From positions 13,896 to 77,895 of the forward strand of contig CAZUXW010000006.1 in assembly GCA_964624625.1 (NCBI GenBank): 64,000 nt of DNA. The letters are read 5' to 3'. Source of the stretch: an uncultured bacterium. GTDB lineage: Bacteria > Oederibacteriota > Muellerivitia > Muellerivitales > Muellerivitaceae. Below the pieces are notes generated by a model, which saw only the letters and a list, made by a program, of their open reading frames with translations, had not been told where the DNA came from and did not search any database. Position numbers and translations under genes: made by a program. Below are positions 49,301 to 56,974 of the stretch, in pieces; position 1 is the first letter of the stretch, and each line of letters begins with the position of its first letter.

Positions 49301-49515
49301 AGGGCCCGGACAATGGGATAGGCAACCTGATCCTCCAGGATGTCGGGGCTTTTCATCCACTTGGCGTAAATCACGACCTGGGTGTCCGAGATATCGGGGA
49401 TAGCGTCCAGGGGGATATTCCTCAAGGCCCACAGGCCCCAAGCGATGAGCGCGACAATGGCCAAGGAAACCATAAACTTGTTTTTTCCACACCATTCAAT
49501 GAGTTTTGAAGTCAT
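46357..49515 (-). CDS. cusA: CusA/CzcA heavy-metal efflux RND permease
   Basis: PLDAIPDISDTQV, GPDATGVGWVYQY, GAMVDASIIMVEN, Met triad region YMPP/MPIINRINML, RLRPKLMT; ATG 49515. Confidence 0.95.
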   Translation of the reverse strand: MTSKLIEWCGKNKFMVSLAIVALIAWGLWALRNIPLDAIPDISDTQVVIYAKWMKSPDILEDQVAYPIVRALLGAPKVKAIRAFSDFGYAYVYIIFEDGTDVYWARSRVLEYLSKVQNSLPQGVSVEMGPDATGVGWVYQYALVDKSGKNSLADLKSYQDWNLRYLLQSLPGVAEVSTVGGMTKQYQVEINPNALAAYDLTFSQVIEAIRSSNRQVGGRLLDINGAEYMVRGLGYLKGIEDIEKVAVGRDKQGVPVLVRDIGKVQIGPDVRRGVAELDGQGEVVGGIVTARYGENALKVIERVKQKIEELKPSLPPGVEIVPVYDRSELIDDSIKTLTHELIKLAVAVSVVCLVFLWNLPSALVIILTLPVAILMSFITMKYLGVSSNIMSLGGIAIAIGAMVDASIIMVENACTRLSEWEKGGRVGDRVQVVLNAAKEVGPSLFFTLLVITVGFLPVFALQGQDGRLFSPLAYTKTFSMFFAAFLAITLTPVLMVVFLRGKMLSEEKHPLNRVFGKIYEGPARWALRNRANVILTAIGLIAASFIPFSRLGSEYMPPLWEGSLLYMPTTLPGISVTEAGRVLQAQDKVLKSFPEVERVFGKAGRAETSLDPAPFSMVETTVWLKPKSQWRGGMTQEKLVHDMNAALQFTGYANAMTMPIINRINMLTSGVKTPIGIKVVGGDLATIEGVGIEVEKALRGLSGTSSVFAERVTGGYYIDIQPLRDQIARYGLTLEEVNEIIEMAIGGDNVTTTVEGRGRYSVNVRFAKDYRDDVDKIRHVLVTTPSGSKVQLAQLAEVSLTLGPSMIRDENGLLAGYIYVDTEGVDIGSYVRKAKKLLAEKVALPSGTSLAWSGQYENMEKAAARFRIMIPLTLLIVFLLIHLNTKSITETLIVLMAVPFSLVGAVWLLWLLGYNTSVPVWVGMIALAGLDAETGVVMLLYLNLSYKKSKEGGKLNNLGDLEESVMEGAVKRLRPKLMTVSAAWFGLVPILFSTGVGSDVMKRIAAPMVGGVFTSFLLELLVYPVLFTMWKWNTEVNPNKSGWFWRLVKKVG

Positions 49516-49528
49516 ACCAATCCTCTTT

Positions 49529-50599
49529 TCACTTCGTTTCGGCGAATGCCGCTTTAAGTTTTGAATCCGCATCGATGAGGAAAAGGGCCCCATCCACGAC
49601 TTGGTCGCCTTCCTTCAAGCCCGAGATAATTTCCCAAAGATCGTTTCCCTCATATCCCGTCAGAACGGGTTGGGGCGTGAAATTTCCCGGTGAAGTTTGA
49701 ATAAAAACATACCTCTGGGTCCCCGTATCCATGACCGCCGTGGGGGGGACCGCCAACCTGGGAGCGGTCCCAGCTTGGATTTCAACATTGGCGAAAATCC
49801 CTGGCGGGCTTCCCTTGGGCAGGCTGATTTTGACGCGGGTCACCCGCGATTGCGTCTGATCGTAGGGATAGACCAGGGCAACAAGCCCCGTGACGGGACT
49901 GCCGGGTCCGTTCAGGGAGGTGATAACGGCTTTTTGCCCGACCTTGACGAAGGGAAGGTCCAGGGCGTAAACATCCGCCACGACATAACGGGCGGTTGAA
50001 CGCGAAGGTTCCCGCGCCGTGAAATCGCTGGCCAGGACCGCGAAATCCCCCGCCCCCCCCGCGAATCGTCCAATGGTGCGGATGGCGCGGGTCAGGGGTG
50101 CCTTTCGGACCGATGCGAATTTCACATCGATCAACTGTTCTTTATAGGCGCTGATATGGATGGGGACTAATCCCCTTATTTCGTCCGGCGCGTCTTCACC
50201 CCTTGAATGGGCCTCTTCCTCATAAACCGGGACATAATCCATGCCCATTTCATCCTTTTCCGGCTTGCCGCTATGTTGGGCCGGGTTCATGGGATTGGCC
50301 CAAAATTTTATTTTTTTCGCCGGCACCGGATTTTTTTTCGTTTGCGGGGGAGCGGGAGTCACCCCAGCTTCGTCCAAAGGAATCAGCGTCATTCCGCAAA
50401 TGGGACAGTCCCCCGGCTTGTCCCTCCTTATTTGATGATGCATGGAACAGGTATAGATGGTTTTTTTGGCCTGGTTTTGTTCTTGTTTTGGTTGGCTGCA
50501 GCCAACCGCCGTCAACAGGCCCGACAGAACCGCCGTCGACAGGAACAACGCGAGAAGGCCTTTCATAATAAGTCCCGAAAATTTATTTGAGGTTTTCAT
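49529..50599 (-). CDS. cusB: CusB-like RND periplasmic adaptor, internally shortened
   Basis: YTCSMH..CPICGM HMBD, NPM..DEMGMDYVP Met motif, VVADVY..GQ barrel, GLKEGDQVV..FLIDADS; lipoyl/hairpin segment missing. Confidence 0.8.
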   Translation of the reverse strand: MKTSNKFSGLIMKGLLALFLSTAVLSGLLTAVGCSQPKQEQNQAKKTIYTCSMHHQIRRDKPGDCPICGMTLIPLDEAGVTPAPPQTKKNPVPAKKIKFWANPMNPAQHSGKPEKDEMGMDYVPVYEEEAHSRGEDAPDEIRGLVPIHISAYKEQLIDVKFASVRKAPLTRAIRTIGRFAGGAGDFAVLASDFTAREPSRSTARYVVADVYALDLPFVKVGQKAVITSLNGPGSPVTGLVALVYPYDQTQSRVTRVKISLPKGSPPGIFANVEIQAGTAPRLAVPPTAVMDTGTQRYVFIQTSPGNFTPQPVLTGYEGNDLWEIISGLKEGDQVVDGALFLIDADSKLKAAFAETK

Positions 50600-51848
50600 G
50601 ATTATCTCCTTTTAACTCACCGACTTGATAATCCAGTTCCGCCAAGGCCTTTCCATAATCCGCCTTGGTTTGATAGTAATTCGTCAGGGTTTCCACATAG
50701 TTGTTGTAGGTTTCCACGTAATCCGGAAGGGATATTTGCTCATTGCGGTAAGCCGTTTGGGTGACAGTCCAGGCCCGATCGACCTGTTGGATCAGCCGGC
50801 CATCCTCGTAAAGCTTGAGCAACCGCCAGGCCGATTGGGCGTTGACAAAGGCGTCTTCCACCATGTGGATGACCTCATTTTGTTTTCCCTGGAGATCAAA
50901 TTGGGCGGCCGCCAACTCATCGGAGGCGGCTCCGGAAGCCTGCATTTGTTTGGCGGGAAAAAACAAGGGTAGGGTCACCCCCAACCGGAAGCCGTAATTC
51001 GAGAAGGACCCGTTGGCCGGATCCCTCACGCCGGACAGCCATAGGTCGAAATCGGGCAAATATTCAAGGGAGGCCATCTTTTGTTGAGCCTCGCGGGATT
51101 CGATCGACCTGCGATAAACCATGATCTCGGAATTTTGCCGGAGGGCTCTTTGGACCAAGTCCTCTTCCTTCGAGGATAAGGGCGGCAAAACCGGCTCCCC
51201 TTCCAACCGGTAGGCGGTGAAATGGGGGAGGCTGAAAAGGTGGTTCAGGTTGTATTGGGATATTTTGAGCGCCCGGCTGTTGGTGATGAGCTCATTGACC
51301 GCTTTGGCGGTTTCCATCTGCAGGCGCACGGCCTTGACCGAGAGCCACTGCCCGGTCAATTCCTTAGCCTGGAGGATCTGGCTCAAGTTTTTCCACCGGG
51401 CCTGGGCCTCCTGAAGGATCGCGTCGACCTTTTGGCGGTAATAAAACTCCCAATAGGCCTGTTGGGCCTGCAGCAGGATGGACCGCTGGACCCCGGAGGA
51501 TTCGGCGCTCAATCTTTTGGCTTCTGCGCCCAGCATATCCGCCTTGGCGATTCCCTTTCCGGGAAAACCCAGTTTCTCCTCCACCATCCACATTTCCATT
51601 CCCGGGTTGGTGGTGTCCACCATGACCATGGGATCCTCCGGGAAGAGGGACGGCAAAACCTGTTTCCCGGCCGCCTGGGCCCTCGCGCTGGCGGCGTGGA
51701 TATGGGGGTTGCCGGAGAGGGCCATTTCCTGGGCCTTTGGCAAGGTCAGGACGATGGTAACAGGGGCCAGGGTTTCCTGGGCCGAACCCTGCCGGAGTCC
51801 CATCAGCCATCCGATGATTAATAAACCTATCAGTTTTAAGCTCTTCAT
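50583..51848 (-). CDS. TolC/CusC-family outer-membrane efflux protein
   Basis: Signal peptide, two OEP repeats (LSGNP, YLPDF), helical heptads; first gene of the efflux operon; ATG 51848 is 8 nt from AGGAG. Confidence 0.9.
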   Translation of the reverse strand: MKSLKLIGLLIIGWLMGLRQGSAQETLAPVTIVLTLPKAQEMALSGNPHIHAASARAQAAGKQVLPSLFPEDPMVMVDTTNPGMEMWMVEEKLGFPGKGIAKADMLGAEAKRLSAESSGVQRSILLQAQQAYWEFYYRQKVDAILQEAQARWKNLSQILQAKELTGQWLSVKAVRLQMETAKAVNELITNSRALKISQYNLNHLFSLPHFTAYRLEGEPVLPPLSSKEEDLVQRALRQNSEIMVYRRSIESREAQQKMASLEYLPDFDLWLSGVRDPANGSFSNYGFRLGVTLPLFFPAKQMQASGAASDELAAAQFDLQGKQNEVIHMVEDAFVNAQSAWRLLKLYEDGRLIQQVDRAWTVTQTAYRNEQISLPDYVETYNNYVETLTNYYQTKADYGKALAELDYQVGELKGDNHENLK

Positions 51849-51853
51849 GGTCA

Positions 51854-51958
51854 TCACTCCTTTTCAGTGGAAATGTCCCCCGTCCCTTCAGCGAAGGAGG
51901 ACGCAAAACGGCGACAAGCCGGTTCTTTTGAACCAGCTTCCACAATCAAAAGGAGTGA
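51854..51958 (-). promoter_or_regulatory. Structured RNA leader sequestering the tolC SD
   Basis: Minus strand TCACTCCTTTT (51958-51948) is perfectly complementary to AAAAGGAGTGA (51864-51854, the tolC SD); two internal hairpins, GCTGGTTC-aaaa-GAACCGGC and CGTCC..GGACG. Confidence 0.7.
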
Positions 51959-51959
51959 A

Positions 51960-52313
51960 TCAGATTCTTAAGGGAAGAAGACCTGGGGGAGAGGAACAGC
52001 TGGAGTAATAAAATGAGGACGCCTCAGCCATCTTGGGGATGGAGTGGCAGGACAACGACAACCGGCCCGCCTGGACAGCGGGAGCGTCAAGATGCGCCGG
52101 TGAAACGGAAACAGAAGATTGATCCATCACTTTACAAAGGGGGCTGCTGGATTTGGCTTTATGGCAGCAATCCATCTTGCCGGACATGTGCGCCATGGCG
52201 CAGGCTTGGGTGGAGGCGGACATACCCTTTTGGCAAAGACCGCAAGGCGTCAGGGCCACCAGGACCCCGGCGATAAGCAACATCCGATAGAGTAGGGATA
52301 ATGTTTTACGCAT
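51960..52313 (-). CDS. Cys/Met/His-rich membrane-targeted leader protein (DUF2946/CruR-like)
   Basis: Hydrophobic N-terminus, CGLC, CAMAHM..CCH, C-terminal SSPP seven codons before the stop; directly upstream of the efflux operon. Confidence 0.6.
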   Translation of the reverse strand: MRKTLSLLYRMLLIAGVLVALTPCGLCQKGMSASTQACAMAHMSGKMDCCHKAKSSSPLCKVMDQSSVSVSPAHLDAPAVQAGRLSLSCHSIPKMAEASSFYYSSCSSPPGLLPLRI

Positions 52314-52456
52314 GACGAGAGTCTACACCCTTTCCGGGAAAATAATCTATTGAGGCACTCGAACAACCTAAGCGATGGACGGCCCCTCCCTTGATCCATA
52401 TCAAGGATAGTCTGAAAAGGTTACGGACGACTATGATTTGCGTCAGGTGGATTTGT

Positions 52457-53092
52457 TCAATCTTTTCCTTGTTTCCTGGCAGCCAGGGCCCCCACGGCCG
52501 TACCGATGAGGATAAGGGAAAGCCAAAGCAGGAAACGGTTGTTGCCGATCGAAACGCCGTACTTACCATCCACAAATTTTCCCAGGAGCAAGCCTAAAAA
52601 GCCTCCCAGACCCGAGTAAAAGAAAATCACCAGCAATGGGCCTAATGAAAAATACTTCTGGCTGGTCCCTAAAACCGGCTGGATTAAGGGAAAATAGATG
52701 AAAATAAACAAAGCTCCCAGCACCAGCCAGTGGTTCATCAAGGACCCTGTATAGGGGCTTCCGGAAAACTGGAGCCAATAGGTGATCCAAAGATAAGCCG
52801 AAACCCCCAGGCCCCAGCTTAACAGAATACTCACGGGCCACATCACCAAACCCAGGAACCCATCCGCCATCTTCCAGCGGTAAACATATAGGAGGGGATA
52901 GGCGATTAAAAAGACGATGGCGTTATAGTGAAAGTGGAGGGACCAAAGGGGATTGGCGTTGGGGTAGCGGAGGATGTGCAAAAAACCGATCAAGGCCATA
53001 CCCTCCCAAAACAAAAGCCGCAACAGGGAGCGTGAGTTATCGGAACCTTTGGCCACTTGAACCCTTTTCCGCGAATTTGCGTAAATCATCAC
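52457..53092 (-). CDS. Uncharacterised multi-pass membrane protein
   Basis: About 6 hydrophobic helices; paralog of the next gene; start uncertain. Confidence 0.7.
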   Translation of the reverse strand: MMIYANSRKRVQVAKGSDNSRSLLRLLFWEGMALIGFLHILRYPNANPLWSLHFHYNAIVFLIAYPLLYVYRWKMADGFLGLVMWPVSILLSWGLGVSAYLWITYWLQFSGSPYTGSLMNHWLVLGALFIFIYFPLIQPVLGTSQKYFSLGPLLVIFFYSGLGGFLGLLLGKFVDGKYGVSIGNNRFLLWLSLILIGTAVGALAARKQGKD

Positions 53093-53235
53093 AGTTTAAA
53101 AATATTAAAAAATTCCCACATGGCCTTTAATATACGATCCTTGTTTATCTGTGTTCGTCCGTGGCCAAAAACATTCCTGCCTTAAAATCATTTAATTTTA
53201 AAGAGTAAAATTGCGCGAATTCCCGGCGATGGCCT

Positions 53236-53865
53236 TCATCCTTTTCGGGTCTTGTTCCCGAACCAAACCACCGCCCCGACTCCCACCAAAACGAAAATAA
53301 TCCAGATCAGGGCCCGAATGTCCGCGTCGCCGAAAAACATCCCCCACTTGGTGTCCAGGGTCCGTCCCAGGTAAAAGCCGCCCACCGATCCGCTCACGGA
53401 ATCGGAGATCATCCCCACCGAAGCCCAGAAATTAAAATTAACCGTGCTAATTCCCCATAGATGTTCCAGGAAGAAGAAGTAATCCAAGACGTAAAAGGGC
53501 GCCATGAACATCCAGTAATTTTTGAAGATCAGGAAGCAGGACGTTTCACCCAAGAGAAATTTGGTGGCGTAAGCGACATAGGCGATCCAAACAAAACTGC
53601 AAATCATCATCACTAGCCGAAGGAAAAGGCTAAGAGGCGAGATCAGGGCTTTCAACACCGGGGGGAGCTTCAATTGGCTGAAAAAATAAATGACCGGGTA
53701 AAGAAGGATGAAGACAACCGAGTTGGCCAAAAAATAAAGCGGGGTCGGGTCGTTGGCAGGAGCATATTGGAGGATATGCAGGAGCCCCACGATGCCGAGG
53801 ATTTCCCAGAGGATGAACCTGGAAAAGGGCGGGGGTTGGAATATCGGCGTCGCTTCCTTGGTCAT
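53236..53865 (-). CDS. Uncharacterised multi-pass membrane protein (paralog)
   Basis: Shares WExxxxxGxLHILxY..AN and GGFxLGxxxDxKxG motifs with 52457-53092. Confidence 0.7.
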   Translation of the reverse strand: MTKEATPIFQPPPFSRFILWEILGIVGLLHILQYAPANDPTPLYFLANSVVFILLYPVIYFFSQLKLPPVLKALISPLSLFLRLVMMICSFVWIAYVAYATKFLLGETSCFLIFKNYWMFMAPFYVLDYFFFLEHLWGISTVNFNFWASVGMISDSVSGSVGGFYLGRTLDTKWGMFFGDADIRALIWIIFVLVGVGAVVWFGNKTRKG

Positions 53866-53866
53866 C

Positions 53867-54202
53867 TCACTTCCCTTTTCCCGCTTTGGATTTTTCCGTT
53901 ACATGGCCGCATTTGGGGCAATGGTAAATCATCACCCATTCTTTTTTCGCTTCGTCGAATATCATCTCGGCCGCGCTCACCCTAAAGCCGCACCAGGTAC
54001 AATGCGCCTTTTGCCATCGAGGACGGCTGGTTCCCCACAACAACCCCATTCCCGCGGCCAGAAGCAGGCAGAGGGACGGCACTACTATCCTTGCCGTAAA
54101 GCCGTAGTGCAACCACAAAAGACTGGTGCCCATCAAAAATGCCAAAAACCATAGAAGGAAAAACTTTTCCCATGGGACGCGATTGAGGAGTGGTGGGGTC
54201 AT
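53867..54202 (-). CDS. Small membrane protein with C-terminal zinc ribbon
   Basis: Two TM helices, then CTWC..x23..CPKC. Confidence 0.65.
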   Translation of the reverse strand: MTPPLLNRVPWEKFFLLWFLAFLMGTSLLWLHYGFTARIVVPSLCLLLAAGMGLLWGTSRPRWQKAHCTWCGFRVSAAEMIFDEAKKEWVMIYHCPKCGHVTEKSKAGKGK

Positions 54203-54229
54203 CGGGGGGTATTTTAACAGAAAGCGGGA

Positions 54230-55477
54230 CTATTTCGTTTTAGGTTTTTCGAAGGGAGAAGGGCCGTCCCTGCCATCCTCCTCTTTCTCCCGCGGATCCA
54301 AGGAAGCGGCCTTTTCCAATTTATGAAAGCCGTACCTGCGCTTGATGGCGTCCACGCTCTTAAAGAGGGCTTCTTTCTTCTTGGAACTCATCTCAGGAAA
54401 GAGCCAATCCGCCTCTTCCACCTTCTCGAACTTGGAGAGGGATACGCCCAGCAGACGGATTTTTCTCCGGCGGATATGGGATTCCTGGAACAACTCGTAA
54501 GCCGTTTTCATAATGACCGCGTCATCGGCCGTCTCCGGGATTGTCCTGGCCCTGGTAATGGTCTGGAAATCGTCGTAGCGGAGCTTCAGGGTCACGGTCC
54601 TTGCCTTCTTTCCCAACCGCCTGACCCGGTAACAGCTTTTTTCGGAAAGCCAGGCCAGCGTCTGATGAATCAGCTCCGGATTGTCCGTATCTTTTTCGAA
54701 GGTGGTCTCGTGGCCGACGCTTTTCGCTTTGTGGAAAGGATGAACTTCCGAGTCGTCAATCCCCCTGGCCGCGTCATGGAGCCATTGGCCCGCCGAGGGC
54801 CCGAAGGTTTTTTGGAGTTTAACCAAGGGAATCGCGAGGATATCGCCGATCTTCTGGATGCGCATTTCCCTCAGCCGGGGCAATGTTTTTTCACCGGCCC
54901 CGTGAAGGCGTTCAATCGACAAAGCCCCTAAAAAAGACTGCTCCCGGCCTCCCGGAACCACAATGACTCCTGTTTTGGATCCGGAGGAAGGCTTGACGGT
55001 TTTTCCCGCGATCTTCGCCACGTACTTGTTGGACGCGATCGCGACGGAGCAGGTCAGCTTCGTTCGGGCGAAAATACTTTCTTTTACTTTCTTGGCCATG
55101 TCCTCAAAATCATTCCCGTAAAGGGCCTCGCACCCGGTGAAGTCGAGGTAAAACTCGTCAATGGAGGCGTATTCCACGACTGGCGCGATTCGTTTGAGCA
55201 GGACAAAGACTTTGCGGGAATATTTGGAGTAAAGTTTGTGGTGCCCGGGCACGAAAAGCGCTCGGGGGCATAATTTTTCCGCGGTCATGATGGGCATGCC
55301 GGATTTGATGCCAAACTTGCGGGCCTCATAGGAAGCGGAAGCCACCACTCCCCTCTCCCCCTTCCGTCCCCCTACGACGACCGGCTTCCCGTTCAAGGAG
55401 GGGTCCACCAGCCTTTCGCAGGAGACAAAAAAGGAGTCCATATCCACATGGGCGATGATTCGTTGGGTTGATTCCAT
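54230..55477 (-). CDS. dinB: DNA polymerase IV
   Basis: HVDMDSFFVSCE, ASYEARKFG, SIDEFYLD, AGKTVKP, KSVGHETTF, IRLLGV. Confidence 0.95.
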   Translation of the reverse strand: MESTQRIIAHVDMDSFFVSCERLVDPSLNGKPVVVGGRKGERGVVASASYEARKFGIKSGMPIMTAEKLCPRALFVPGHHKLYSKYSRKVFVLLKRIAPVVEYASIDEFYLDFTGCEALYGNDFEDMAKKVKESIFARTKLTCSVAIASNKYVAKIAGKTVKPSSGSKTGVIVVPGGREQSFLGALSIERLHGAGEKTLPRLREMRIQKIGDILAIPLVKLQKTFGPSAGQWLHDAARGIDDSEVHPFHKAKSVGHETTFEKDTDNPELIHQTLAWLSEKSCYRVRRLGKKARTVTLKLRYDDFQTITRARTIPETADDAVIMKTAYELFQESHIRRRKIRLLGVSLSKFEKVEEADWLFPEMSSKKKEALFKSVDAIKRRYGFHKLEKAASLDPREKEEDGRDGPSPFEKPKTK

Positions 55478-55480
55478 TGA

Positions 55481-55492
55481 ATACAGATGTAT
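55481..55492. promoter_or_regulatory. Palindromic operator candidate at the dinB promoter
   Basis: ATACA-ga-TGTAT lies 3 nt from the start codon, downstream of a TTGACT -35 hexamer (minus strand). Confidence 0.4.
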
Positions 55493-55535
55493 ACCTTAAA
55501 CGAAAAAAGTCAACTCTTTATTTTGCTTTGGTGGG

Positions 55536-56222
55536 TTACGAAAAAATCTTTGAAAGACTGGGTAAAACACTAACCGGGGTAAGTTCACGGACCTTGGCGC
55601 CCCTAGCTTCCCACTCGGCCAACCGTTGTTGATGTTCCTCGATGATGGGCCTGGCCGCGCTTTCGGCGAAGACGGCCTTCAAGTGGAGGGATAGCTGCTC
55701 TTCCCTGGGACGGTTGGCTCCGGTCAAGAGTTTGGCGGCCCCGTCCTGGGCGCAGGCGGTGAGGATGAAGGAATTACCGTCGAAGGAATAAATCTCCAGG
55801 TTCGGAATGATGACTTTCCCGCCATCCTTCCCTTCCACCCAATTCACCAGTAAAAGGGCGGACTTGTGGTCGGGGGAAAGGAAGGTGCGGGCCCAGAAGA
55901 AAAGCATGGAAGCGTAGGAAAAGTCCCCCAATAAAAGGTAGCCCTGTTCCTGGAGCTTTTGGGTGAAGTCCGCCTGCCACTTGGGAGTCAAGGCCCTGGT
56001 CATTTCTTCGGGCGCCTTCACCAAATTCACGGCAACCTTCGGAAGACTGGCCAGCAAAGCCCCGGCCGAGTCCGTATCTTTTATTTTCCGGAAGGTTTTT
56101 TCAGTGACAAGGATATAGCCCAGAATTACAAGGAACAACAAAACGATCACAATTCCACCTGGTCCCAAGTCAGGCCCCACCCAATGGATTGGATTTGAGG
56201 ATTTCAATCCCAAATTCCCCAT
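55536..56222 (-). CDS. Hypothetical protein with N-terminal TM helix
   Basis: 228-aa ORF filling the gap, one hydrophobic helix; no recognised family. Confidence 0.6.
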   Translation of the reverse strand: MGNLGLKSSNPIHWVGPDLGPGGIVIVLLFLVILGYILVTEKTFRKIKDTDSAGALLASLPKVAVNLVKAPEEMTRALTPKWQADFTQKLQEQGYLLLGDFSYASMLFFWARTFLSPDHKSALLLVNWVEGKDGGKVIIPNLEIYSFDGNSFILTACAQDGAAKLLTGANRPREEQLSLHLKAVFAESAARPIIEEHQQRLAEWEARGAKVRELTPVSVLPSLSKIFS

Positions 56223-56236
56223 TCCGGAATCCCAAT

Positions 56237-56806
56237 TTATTTCCCATACAGCCCCATGATCTGAGTCCAGGCAAGGATATGTTTGTCCATGGCCTTAAGC
56301 ACTTGGGCCTTGGAGGCTCCCGCCGCCAATTTGACCGGCCCGTCCAGGGCGTACAACTTGAAGAAATACTGGTGCAGGCCGCTGGGGGGACAGGGCCCGT
56401 CGTAGCCGATTTTATTGAAGTCATTCACACCCTGGAAAATGCCCTCGGTGGTCTTCTCCTGCCGGGGGAAACCTTCCAAAAGTTCATAGAGGTTCGTCGC
56501 GTTGTCAACTTTAGCGGGAATGTTATAAATGACCCAATGGGTCCAGCTTTGCATCGGAGCGTCCGGATCCTCGCAAATCAGCGTAAAGCATTTGGTACCA
56601 GCGGGCGGCCCTTTCCAATTTAGTTCAGGGGAGATGTTCTGGCCCTTGCAGCTGTACTTGTCGGGAATCATGTGGCCGTCTTGGAAGGAGGTGCTTTTCA
56701 ACCGCAGGGTGGACTTCACTTTGGGAGACGATTGGGAAATATCCGAAGCGAAAAAAAGAGCCGCCACTACCGGCAGGGCAAGCAATCTTGAATAAATCTT
56801 AGGCAT
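56237..56806 (-). CDS. YbhB/YbcL (PEBP/RKIP) family protein, exported
   Basis: Signal peptide from ATG 56806 (GGAGG SD); SPELNW, EDPDAP, THWVIYNIP, GYDGPCPPSGLHQYFFKLYALD. Confidence 0.9.
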   Translation of the reverse strand: MPKIYSRLLALPVVAALFFASDISQSSPKVKSTLRLKSTSFQDGHMIPDKYSCKGQNISPELNWKGPPAGTKCFTLICEDPDAPMQSWTHWVIYNIPAKVDNATNLYELLEGFPRQEKTTEGIFQGVNDFNKIGYDGPCPPSGLHQYFFKLYALDGPVKLAAGASKAQVLKAMDKHILAWTQIMGLYGK

Positions 56807-56850
56807 AAATCCTCCGAAATAAAAAAGCTTCAAAGCAACCAATCGCGGCA

Positions 56851-56929
56851 CCCCTCACCCCACCCCCTTCCGCAATGGGCGAGGGAGATAATTCCCTTCT
56901 CCCTTGAGGGGCGAAGGATGGAAGGAGGG
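56851..56929. repeat. Head-to-head dimer of the CCCTCACC/CCTTCTCCC repeat (BIME-like)
   Basis: CCCCTCACCCCACCCCCTTCCGCAATGGGCGAGGGA followed by the reverse complement of ACCCTCCTTCCATCCTTCGCCCCTCAAGGGAGAAGGGAA. Confidence 0.7.
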
Positions 56930-56974
56930 TATTTTTTTCCTGACTATTATCCCCTGACTCTTGGCTCCAAGCTA

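Noticed and set aside
52389-52406. CCTTGAT-ccat-ATCAAGG palindrome upstream of the leader ORF as a CueR/CsoR operator
   Set aside because: It does not match the CueR (ACCTTCC-N7-GGAAGGT) or CsoR patterns I know and has no flanking long-spacer promoter; may be a small hairpin. Kept only as a note.
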